Assembly (NCBI GenBank): GCA_963749195.1
Contig: CAVVLX010000010.1
Span: 32,812 to 96,811, forward strand
Direction of reading: 5' to 3'
DNA: 64,000 nucleotides
Source: an uncultured Thermoplasmata archaeon
Lineage (GTDB): Archaea > Thermoplasmatota > Thermoplasmata > Lutacidiplasmatales > UBA184
Made by a program: the position numbers and the translations under genes. This document shows, in pieces, positions 56,788 through 64,000 of the stretch. The notes under the pieces were generated by a model. That model ran no database searches, was not told where the DNA came from, and was given only the letters and a program-made list of their open reading frames with translations. Within the stretch, counting starts at the first letter, position 1. Each line of letters starts with the position of its first letter.

Positions 56788-57339
56788 CTAGGTGTGATCG
56801 TTCGTCGATTCGATTAAGTCAGAAATCGCTGGTGCATTTTTCTCAGAAGAGAGCACCTCGATCGAATCTCCTTCGCCAATCTCCCCCTCCTCGACCGGGG
56901 CTAAGTAGAAACCGGAACGACCGGATCGTTGGAATCGATCGATCATGTCTGGCCGGCCGAAAGTCGCGTTAATCTTGTAACAGGGCGATCTGGGCTGAGT
57001 GACCTCGAGGGTAGCCGTTCCTATTCGAACGACGTCTCCGATGTGAGCATCGGGTTCGAGCCAGCCCGCCGTGGTGAGGTTTTCACCGAAAGCCCCCCAC
57101 TTCAGGGCCGTAGTGCGAAGCGTCCTCTGCCAGAAGAGGTAGTGTTCTGAGGGGTAGACATAGACGCTCTTTCGCTTCCCGCCATGGACGGTCCGATCTG
57201 CTTGATCGTCGCCGGCGAGGTTCACTCCTCGAAGGGCAACCCTTCCCTGAACCGGATGTTTCCGGAACCCGGTTCTGACTTGGCGCCCCTCCCAGTCGAT
57301 AACCTCTACTTGGCCGACATTGACCGAAACGACGTGCAT
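56788..57339 (-). CDS. MOSC-domain protein (YiiM-like)
   Basis: 183 aa: GLAGDDQADRTVHGG, GENLTTAG, VTQPRSPCYKI. Confidence 0.9.
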   Translation of the reverse strand: MHVVSVNVGQVEVIDWEGRQVRTGFRKHPVQGRVALRGVNLAGDDQADRTVHGGKRKSVYVYPSEHYLFWQRTLRTTALKWGAFGENLTTAGWLEPDAHIGDVVRIGTATLEVTQPRSPCYKINATFGRPDMIDRFQRSGRSGFYLAPVEEGEIGEGDSIEVLSSEKNAPAISDLIESTNDHT

Positions 57340-57582
57340 CTGGATCGAGCGATGAACCGAGTGCGGTTATGGTTTCGTGACCGAAACTGAACCCTCGAAC
57401 CGGGCTCGGGCTCGGCCGACTGGGGTCCGGGCGTTGTGGGTGTAAGGATGATTACACCGCGTCAGCTCGGCTCAATGGCTCGCTGTGACGGCTCACTCGA
57501 TCACTCCTCTGGACGGTCCAGGACTTGAAAAGGCGCCGACGCAAGCTGCCCCGGAGTGGGCGGGGAACGCGAGAATAGGGTC

Positions 57583-58092
57583 CTAACCGCAATCGCTACT
57601 CGAGAACGCGTAGCCCCATGTTGCGTTGCCGCTCTCGGAGTTGCTTGGATCGAACAGCGTGAAGGAGAACCCCTGCGCTGGGTTTGTGAGGGACACTACA
57701 GTTCGTAGCTGCTCAAGTGGAGTTGTCCCCGACCAGTAATAGTAACGCGGTGAGGATGTCCCACTCGTGAAGTTGATATCGGCTCCGTGTGGTGCCAACC
57801 AGACCTCGAGCGGAACGGTGGAGTTCACTCCGATGAGCATCAGATTGCAGTCGGAAGGAAGGGCGGCTACGCCACCCCCTGCCATCGTCCGCGGCGTGAA
57901 GCTTCCACCGAGAAAGAGGATGCTCTTCTGAGGCGGCCACTGATAGCCGGCAGAAGAGGAGCTCATCATGAGGATCACGGCAGTGAGTACCGCTCCCACT
58001 GCTGCCCCAACAGAGGCTCCAAAGATGGGGCGACGGATCCATGGCCCTACTGCAGCCGGACGCGCCATCGCCTGCGCATCTCGCTCCGGCAT
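57583..58092 (-). CDS. membrane-anchored, probably extracellular small protein with N-x-S/T sequons
   Basis: N-terminal TM segment GASVGAAVGAVLTAVILMM, then a beta-rich domain with NST, NFT and NAT. Confidence 0.5.
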   Translation of the reverse strand: MPERDAQAMARPAAVGPWIRRPIFGASVGAAVGAVLTAVILMMSSSSAGYQWPPQKSILFLGGSFTPRTMAGGGVAALPSDCNLMLIGVNSTVPLEVWLAPHGADINFTSGTSSPRYYYWSGTTPLEQLRTVVSLTNPAQGFSFTLFDPSNSESGNATWGYAFSSSDCG

Positions 58093-58382
58093 TTCTTCCT
58101 TACTCCGGGGCCCCTCCGAGTTCTGTCAAGTGCTCCCATCGACCAATACCTCGAACGCGTTGCGAGAAGCGCCGAAATAGAAGATGACGGCTTCGTTCGC
58201 TCTCTTGACCGCTTCACTACGGTGAACGCTGGACTCCTATCCAAACGCTCAGGATCGTCCGCAGGTGCAAGGGGGTCTACGTCCACTACCCAAAATGTGC
58301 AACAGTCGTTTCACTCACACCTGGCGCCAGGGGGGTCGAAAGACTCGCTTGGCTTCAAGTACCGGAATGGGATGGGTTTCAC

Positions 58383-58823
58383 ATGGCGCGAATCAGCGAT
58401 CAGGAAGGCAGTAAGTTTGACGCTCCCCTCGACGTAGTTTGGAAGTATCTAGGACACCCAGAAGCTCACGGAAACGCGCACAAGAACTCTCGGAACCGGG
58501 CCATGAAGCCCCTCACTGATAATTCCTTCGTCGTATCTTGGGAACAGAACATGAACGGCACGTGGGTGAAGGTCGCGAATCGGATCACCGTTTTCCCGCC
58601 GCTCGGAATGGTCGGCGAAGCCATCGAGGGTCCAATGACCGGCTCGAAGATGTTTACGGTCTACACTCCTCACGGGGACAAGACCGAGGTCTCGATCCAT
58701 GCCGACATGCAGGTGGCGAGCGTGCCGCCGGCCCAGCTCGAGCAGATGGTTCGCGGTGCCTGGGAGATGGCTTTCGGCGAGGATTCCGCCGGGATTCGTG
58801 AATTCGCGAAGAGCCAGAAGTAG
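58383..58823 (+). CDS. SRPBCC/Bet v1-like small protein, family copy 4
   Basis: 146 aa: MARISDQEGSKFDAPLDVVWKYL, HGNAHKNSRN, SWEQNMNG, IEGPMTGSK. Confidence 0.8.
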   Translation: MARISDQEGSKFDAPLDVVWKYLGHPEAHGNAHKNSRNRAMKPLTDNSFVVSWEQNMNGTWVKVANRITVFPPLGMVGEAIEGPMTGSKMFTVYTPHGDKTEVSIHADMQVASVPPAQLEQMVRGAWEMAFGEDSAGIREFAKSQK

Positions 58824-58961
58824 TCTGGGGCCTCCAAGGATCCGCCATTGAGCCTCGCTCCCGGGGTAAATTTGCGGGCAACCCGTGAGAAGAGCTTCTG
58901 GGTCGACGAGTTGACCTTCTTCCGAACGACATACTGACTTCGAATGCTGGGTCCTAAGAGC

Positions 58962-58971
58962 TTGCAACCAC
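58962..58971 (+). other. copy of recurrent intergenic motif: TTGCAACCAC
   Basis: Exact core match, 151 nt upstream of ATG 59122. Confidence 0.5.
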
Positions 58972-59014
58972 TCGTGATCGGTGATCCAAATCACCAACTT
59001 GGTTGAAGCGAGCG

Positions 59015-59025
59015 TTGCACCCACC
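59015..59025 (+). other. copy of recurrent intergenic motif: TTGCACCCACC
   Basis: Exact core match, 97 nt upstream of ATG 59122 and the second copy in the same spacer. Confidence 0.5.
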
Positions 59026-59121
59026 GATTATTGTGACAATCAGTCGAACACCCTCCGGCGCCGGCATCGCTCGACGATTGGCCCAACCCCGTTTAGTAGT
59101 CGGTCGCGACTGCCGTAACGA

Positions 59122-59400
59122 ATGATTCTACCAGGGCTCATCTCGGCAGTGTTTTATCGGCGCCGTCCCAGCACTCTCCAAATCATTTTGGGGCTCGTCT
59201 TTACCATCGTCCTGTCCGGACTCCTTGGATACATCCAAGACGTCGGGACCTACCGCGTGTGGGAAAACGTCGCGCTCGCGATCGTGGGAGGCGTCATTCT
59301 CTACGTGGCCATTCTCGCTTACCTCGTCTACCGATACTTCCCCCGGCGGGCGATGGCTGGGGAGCAACCGGCCTCCTCGCCTTCGGCACCTCCGCACTGA
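59122..59400 (+). CDS. hypothetical small membrane protein (2-3 TM)
   Basis: 92 aa with hydrophobic helices and a Pro/Ser-rich tail. Confidence 0.5.
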   Translation: MILPGLISAVFYRRRPSTLQIILGLVFTIVLSGLLGYIQDVGTYRVWENVALAIVGGVILYVAILAYLVYRYFPRRAMAGEQPASSPSAPPH

Positions 59401-59625
59401 GCAGGGCGCGCGGGAGTAACCCCCCTTCCGAAGGCAGAGGGTGCGATGAGCGCGGCACTCTACGTTCTAAACACCCTGTGTTCAATCGGGTGTGAGCGCC
59501 TTGGGCCGACTAACTGGGCCCAAACGTTCCCATTGTCGTCTGTCTGAATCACTGGTCGGTAGAGTCCTGAATCCCGTCCGACGCGCCACGAAGGCTCCTT
59601 AGGGCGACGTCGGTTGGTCCGGGGC

Positions 59626-60036
59626 ATGCTCGCCGGAGTGGGGTCCGTCGCGGTCCTCGTGCGCGACGCGAAGAAGTCGGCTGAATGGTATTGCGAGAAG
59701 TTGGGGTTCGAGGTAGTCGCCCAGGACCGACATCTGGTTTTCCTGCGTCCGCTGGGTTCCTCGCTCCCCATGATCCACCTCTGCGGGGAGTGCGACGATT
59801 GGCAGGGAGATCGTCCGGGAGGAAGGACAGGGATCTGGTTCCGCTGTGGGGAGACCCAAAGGACCGAGATCGTTCCAGGGGTCTTCCTGCCCGCGAGTCC
59901 GCCCGAAGATGTGGAGAAGGTCTATCACGAGCTCCGCGGACGGGGAGTGGAGTTCGTCCAAGAACTGACGGACACCGGCTGGGGGAAGATGGCAGTCTTC
60001 CGCGACCTCGATGGAAACGAATTCGAGATCTCTTGA
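59626..60036 (+). CDS. VOC (glyoxalase) family protein
   Basis: SVAVLVRDAKKSAEWYCEKLGFEV and AVFRDLDGNEFEI. ATG 59626 is preferred over TTG 59614. Confidence 0.8.
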   Translation: MLAGVGSVAVLVRDAKKSAEWYCEKLGFEVVAQDRHLVFLRPLGSSLPMIHLCGECDDWQGDRPGGRTGIWFRCGETQRTEIVPGVFLPASPPEDVEKVYHELRGRGVEFVQELTDTGWGKMAVFRDLDGNEFEIS

Positions 60037-60213
60037 GTGGCATCTCCGTCGCTAAACCCGCGAGCCGCATGCGGTCGGGATGCAGAGGGGCGGATTCGTT
60101 AACCCAGAGGTTTCCGACACCGCTAGTTTGCCTTGGAGTTGCACGGGCAAATCGGGCTACGATTCAACTATAGCCCCAATGGATAAGTCACCCGCAACGA
60201 CTTGCGAAGAAAG

Positions 60214-60897
60214 ATGAATTCACAGCGAATCCCGACGGACGCCAATCTATTCGCCCTCCCTATCGGGCTGCCCGCACCGGAAGACGACGGCGCGGCTCGG
60301 CACCTCCCTGGAGCTTCCTTACCGCACGTCCGGCTTCGCTCGACACAGGGTCGCACTGTCGATATCGCCGAGCTGGGCGAACACCTCTCTGTCTTCTTCT
60401 TCTATCCAGCGACCGTCAAGCCGGGCATCGCGATTCCCGGCGAGTGGAGTGAAATCCCTGGAGCGAGAGGATGCACCCTCCAGAACAGTGCCTTTCGGGA
60501 CGAATACGCGGGTTTCCGTTCTCTTAATTGCGAAGTCTTTGGCGTAAGCGGTCAAGGACAGGACGCCGAGCAAGGGCTGGCGGACCAGGTCGAATTTGCG
60601 GAGCGGGTGCACTTGCCGTTCGCACTGCTCAACGATTCTCGATTCGAACTGACCCATGCCTTGGGCCTTCCTACTTTCATAGCGTCCCTAAAGTCACCCA
60701 GTGTCCTTTTCGAGGGCAAGGAATCCACGTTCCCACTGCAAGGACGGACCGTTGTCAAACGGTTGACCTTCGTGGCCGACCGAGGTCGGATCGTAAAGGT
60801 GTTCTACCCGGTCTTCCCGCCCGACCGGAACGCGTCGGCCGTGCTCGACTACTTGCGGAATCGGACCCCGACCTCGAGCGCGGGGGGTCGGGATTGA
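60214..60897 (+). CDS. peroxiredoxin-like / redoxin (thioredoxin-fold) protein
   Basis: SVFFFYPATVKPG...PGARGCTLQ (candidate peroxidatic Cys), VFGVSGQ, LPFALLND. ATG 60214 is preferred over TTG 60202. Confidence 0.7.
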   Translation: MNSQRIPTDANLFALPIGLPAPEDDGAARHLPGASLPHVRLRSTQGRTVDIAELGEHLSVFFFYPATVKPGIAIPGEWSEIPGARGCTLQNSAFRDEYAGFRSLNCEVFGVSGQGQDAEQGLADQVEFAERVHLPFALLNDSRFELTHALGLPTFIASLKSPSVLFEGKESTFPLQGRTVVKRLTFVADRGRIVKVFYPVFPPDRNASAVLDYLRNRTPTSSAGGRD

Positions 60898-61170
60898 AAG
60901 TGCGCCCTTTTCAAGCGCAGTTCACCGACTGTGTGAATGATAGCTTACACCCAACTGTGCGGTGGCGCGCGAGCGCGATTGCCCACATGATCGATCGACA
61001 CTAGTCCATGTCCCCCGGGAGGGTTTGGGCCACTGCCTGGCAGAGCCATAGGATAGCGCCCTAGGCCGCAGTACACATCACACCGGTTCTACTTCGGATA
61101 GCGGAACTGGCTAAGGTCTACGGACCCCCCTGGAGAGTGGACAGCGGACTGGGAGGGTTCAACCACCCTC

Positions 61171-61485
61171 TCACCAGATCGGCTTCGACTCGCCGAGCTC
61201 CTTCATGCCCTCGTCCATGGTTTTCGAGGGCACCACTCGGACGCTATTCCAAAGGGCAAGCCCGGACTGATTGATGAAATCGTCCACTGCCTCAGCCTTC
61301 CCTGACTCGACCACGACCACCGACAGGTGCTCGCGACTGACGAGCGGGCCCGAGAGGATCTTGACTCCGAGCTTTGCAGCGAGCTTCGGGATTTCGGGCC
61401 CTCCCTTCATGAGATGCTCGCGTACCTTCGAGTTCGACATCGGACAAGTCTCCGCCGTGTGCTGGGCCAATAGAACGTAGTGCAT
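61171..61485 (-). CDS. hypothetical small alpha+beta protein
   Basis: Trimmed to the ATG at 61483-61485 (MHYVLLAQHTAETCP...). I recognise no family. Confidence 0.5.
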   Translation of the reverse strand: MHYVLLAQHTAETCPMSNSKVREHLMKGGPEIPKLAAKLGVKILSGPLVSREHLSVVVVESGKAEAVDDFINQSGLALWNSVRVVPSKTMDEGMKELGESKPIW

Positions 61486-61810
61486 GGTCCCGCTCTGTTC
61501 CGCGGGACACGCTCCTCCCAGAAGAACCTGCCTAGCAGGATGGATTGCATGGATGTCACGCATCGGGCCCCGTTCCGGATCGGCTCAATGGCGTAGGTAA
61601 TCGTAGCCTTACGACCACTTTCACTGCGTTTGGGCGCACAGTGCATTGCAGCGAGATAAGGGGCGAAGCGGCCCACACGTCGACCTGGCACTCGTATTCT
61701 ATCCAGAAAGGTCGTCTGCCGCTTGAGGGTGGGATGGGGCGGTGACTTCTCTGGCGGGGACCGTGGAGGCTCTCCGTATCCGTTTTGAAGCCTAACAATC
61801 TCTCCTGAGT

Positions 61811-62353
61811 ATGTCCCTGTCGGACTTCGCCACCTTAGCCGCCTTGGTGGGCACGTGGGTCCTCGTCGTTGGCACTTTGGTGTTCGCCTACTGGCAGACG
61901 CGTCAGGCCCGGCGAATCAACTCCGCCCAGACAATCTTAGACCTCCGAGGTCGGTTCGACACACCGGCCATGCGATCCGCTCGCCGCCAGTTGGCCGCCG
62001 AACTGCTCGCGGAAGACGCGTCAAAGGAGCTTGAGAATTTCGACGTGTACCTCTTCTTCCAACTCGTGGGTTCGCTAGCCCACGAACGGATTCTCGATCG
62101 CAAGATGGTGTGGAACGCTTTTGGAAACTGGGTCACGGCCTACTACCACTTCCTCACGCATCCAGTGGACCGAATCACTCAGTGGAGGGAAGAGGCGCAC
62201 GATCCGAGCATCCTTCTCGAGTTCGAATGGCTCGCGAAGGAGATGATGAGGCTCAATCACATAATGGTCCACGACCCGATCGGCGCCCAGACCACGCATG
62301 AGGATTCAAGTGAAGTTATGGGATGGGAGAGTCACCTCGCGGAGAGGACTTAA
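61811..62353 (+). CDS. hypothetical N-terminally membrane-anchored protein (DUF4760-like by recollection)
   Basis: TM segment FATLAALVGTWVLVVGTLVFAYW, then a helical domain. Confidence 0.5.
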   Translation: MSLSDFATLAALVGTWVLVVGTLVFAYWQTRQARRINSAQTILDLRGRFDTPAMRSARRQLAAELLAEDASKELENFDVYLFFQLVGSLAHERILDRKMVWNAFGNWVTAYYHFLTHPVDRITQWREEAHDPSILLEFEWLAKEMMRLNHIMVHDPIGAQTTHEDSSEVMGWESHLAERT

Positions 62354-62392
62354 TTTCTCAGCGGCGCGAGCAAGGGTGCGTGCGATGGGCGG

Positions 62393-62401
62393 TGCACCCA
62401 C
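62393..62401 (+). other. copy of recurrent intergenic motif: (G)TGCACCCAC
   Basis: Exact core match, 57 nt upstream of GTG 62458. Confidence 0.45.
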
Positions 62402-62457
62402 AATCGAGTCAAGTTTATTCTTCGAAGAAAGGTGGGGTCGCGATAAGGAGTGAGACA

Positions 62458-63008
62458 GTGAGCAGTCCAAACTTCAGTGTCGCCTACACCGTGAGTCAAA
62501 CCCCGGAAGAAGTATTCCGCGCCGTCAATGACGTTCGTGGCTGGTGGACTGGAGAACCGGGAGCGAAGGGTACAACCGACAAGCTCGGCGCAGAGTGGAC
62601 GTATCAGTTCAAGGACCTCCATTATACCAAACAGAGGATCACGGAATTCGTCCCCGGGAAGAAAGTTGTCTGGTTGGTCCTTGACAGCCGACTAAGTTTC
62701 GTCAAGGACACTGGTTGGTCCTTGACAGCCGACTAAGTTTCGTCAAGGACCAGACGGAATGGAACGGGAGCAAGATCACTTTCGAGATTGAGAGGAGGGG
62801 CGTCAAGACCGAGCTCCGCTTCACGCACGTGGGCTTGGTCCCCGAAGTTGAATGTTACGGAAATTGTTCGAGTGCCTGGGGCTACTACGTGAAAGGGCCT
62901 CTTCGGGCACTGATCTCGAAGAAGGGCAAAACCCGCGCCAGCGCGAGGGCTAAGGGCAAGACAAAGAAGGCTGCTCGTCCAAAGTCTGGTGCCAAGCGAT
63001 CCAAGTGA
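62458..63008 (+). pseudogene. SRPBCC-superfamily gene with Lys-rich C-terminal tail, split by a 41-nt tandem duplication
   Basis: GTG 62458 is preceded by AAGGAG. The N-terminal part ends at TAA 62734-62736 and the C-terminal part continues in ORF 62715..63008. Deleting one 41-nt copy restores a single 169-codon ORF (...KKVVWLVLDSRLSFVKDQTEWNGSK...). Confidence 0.75.
62670..62751 (+). repeat. tandem direct duplication, 2 x 41 nt (40 of 41 identical)
   Basis: 62670-62709 and 62711-62750 are identical (ctggttggtccttgacagccgactaagtttcgtcaaggac). The 41st bases are a (62710) and c (62751). Confidence 0.9.
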
Positions 63009-63251
63009 GTGATCTGCTCACCGGTCGCCGCGCACCCTTTCTTGTGGGTCCAAGAGAGCTTGCCCCCACAGAATGTACTGGAGGCTCGGCCCAATTTCGA
63101 TTGCGACCATTCTGTGTAGCGACTCTTACACCCGCTTCCCGCTGACTTCGTGTCCGCGATACGGGGGCGGGTCCTGCAAATTGATACACGGGCTTAGCCT
63201 CGCTCCGCGAAGCGACCGCGCCATCCGAGCGCTATTCGCGGGTTCGCGAGT

Positions 63252-63698
63252 TCAGTATTGGTCGCGACTGTACTTGTTCGGGTCCGCCCCGGGACTGTCG
63301 TAGAGTTCGATTTGATTGTCGTCGGGGTCACGAATGTACGCCACCCGGAAGTTGGGGGTCGCCATCATCGGACCCTGGTAGTGCTTCATGGCCTCGGGGA
63401 GAATCCCATCCGCCTTGAGTTTCGCAAGGAAGCTCTCGAGATCATCGACCCGGAACGCGAGGTGATCGAGACCTTCGCCCGCCACGTATGGGACATCATA
63501 CGGATTCCCCTTGGGGTAGAAGTTGAGCTCGATTCGTTGTCCCGAATGCGGGTCGACCAGAATGGTGGCCGCCTGTTCCTTAGACCCCTCCTTCGGAACC
63601 TCTGTCCCTGGAGGAGGTTGAAGACCGAAATGCCGCATGTAGAATTCGGCCGAGCGATGCAGATCCGTGACCCGAATGCCGAAATAGCTGAGGTACAT
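63252..63698 (-). CDS. VOC family protein / lactoylglutathione-lyase-like
   Basis: 148 aa: YFGIRVTDLHRSAEFYMRHFG, GLDHLAFRVDDLESF, AYIRDPDDNQIELY. Confidence 0.9.
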   Translation of the reverse strand: MYLSYFGIRVTDLHRSAEFYMRHFGLQPPPGTEVPKEGSKEQAATILVDPHSGQRIELNFYPKGNPYDVPYVAGEGLDHLAFRVDDLESFLAKLKADGILPEAMKHYQGPMMATPNFRVAYIRDPDDNQIELYDSPGADPNKYSRDQY

Positions 63699-64000
63699 GG
63701 CAATCGAATGCTCAAGCCTACTTAATCGTACGGCCGCCTTTCGACGGGAGCGCTTGAGCCACTTCTGGCAATGTTACCAACTTTACCGTTCCGGTGGCTG
63801 TTCAGTTGGCTGAGCGCTCAACTCAGTGAACTGCTACCCTGATCGTGATTACTAGTGCAACCCGAAGCTGGACTAGTAGGTGCAAGTAGCCTTTCACTCA
63901 TCTGGCCCTGAGGTTGTAGATCTCCCACATCGGCGCATTTTCAACCTACCTGACACGACGTGCGACATGAACGGGATTCTCACCGCCCGGCCTTCGTAGA

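Noticed and set aside
58449-59024. 191-aa minus-strand ORF spanning SRPBCC-like copy 4 and the following spacer.
   Set aside because: It is antisense to a gene with three clear paralogs. Its tail covers the spacer that carries two motif copies, so it is most likely a shadow ORF.
30514-62401. Reading TTGCAC/TTGCAA as a bacterial sigma70-type -35 hexamer.
   Set aside because: No TAnnnT-like -10 lies at a 16-18 nt spacing in the copies I checked. Several copies sit in convergent (terminator-side) spacers. The conserved CCAC extension is not part of a -35 element.
62670-62751. The possibility that the 41-nt repeat is a CRISPR or other repeat array.
   Set aside because: There are only two directly abutting copies with no spacer. 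They lie inside a coding sequence whose frame is restored by removing one copy.

Overview
This is a 64-kb, GC-rich (judged by eye, not computed) prokaryotic chromosomal segment. It is gene-dense on both strands; I call about 75 protein-coding genes. Many start/stop overlaps (ATGA, GTGA, TTGA) indicate operons. I recognised no rRNA, tRNA, CRISPR array, transposase, integrase, reverse transcriptase or phage genes.

Host: several cues point to an archaeal rather than bacterial host, but this is inference only. A/T-rich TATA-like boxes are centred about 25-27 nt upstream of at least seven start codons. Short archaeal-style antitoxins are paired with PIN toxins. Two membrane-anchored proteins are rich in N-x-S/T sequons.

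Content, left end: a redox operon that runs off the window (4Fe-4S protein / CAP-type nucleotide-binding-domain protein / FAD-NAD [2Fe-2S] protein), a CBS protein translationally coupled to formate-tetrahydrofolate ligase, and a DUF2252 protein.

Content, remainder: a long accessory-looking stretch dominated by small single-domain ligand-handling folds.
- 6 SRPBCC/Bet v1-like, 4 VOC/glyoxalase, 3 SnoaL/NTF2, 4 GNAT and 3 alpha/beta hydrolases.
- Single cupin, NUDIX-like, MOSC, PaaI thioesterase and DHFR-like genes.
- Three class III nucleotidyl cyclases and two cNMP-binding-domain proteins.
- Three type II toxin-antitoxin pairs, an ABC-2 exporter and several unknown membrane proteins.

Most noteworthy observations:
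1. A recurrent intergenic motif TTGCA[AC]CCAC(C).
2. A four-copy family of ~145-aa SRPBCC-like proteins with a conserved H-x3-H-[KR]-x(1,2)-R-N motif.
3. A CAP-type domain protein embedded by overlapping codons inside the redox operon.
4. A 41-nt tandem duplication that splits an SRPBCC gene.
5. At least three single-base frameshifts (both ABC exporter genes and the large cyclase-ATPase-TPR gene). The two ABC shifts sit at C-runs in the same ACCCGG context; the third is not precisely located. They may be consensus errors rather than biology.

I did not find a clearly delimited novel multi-gene system. All family assignments are from reading the translated ORFs, without database searches.
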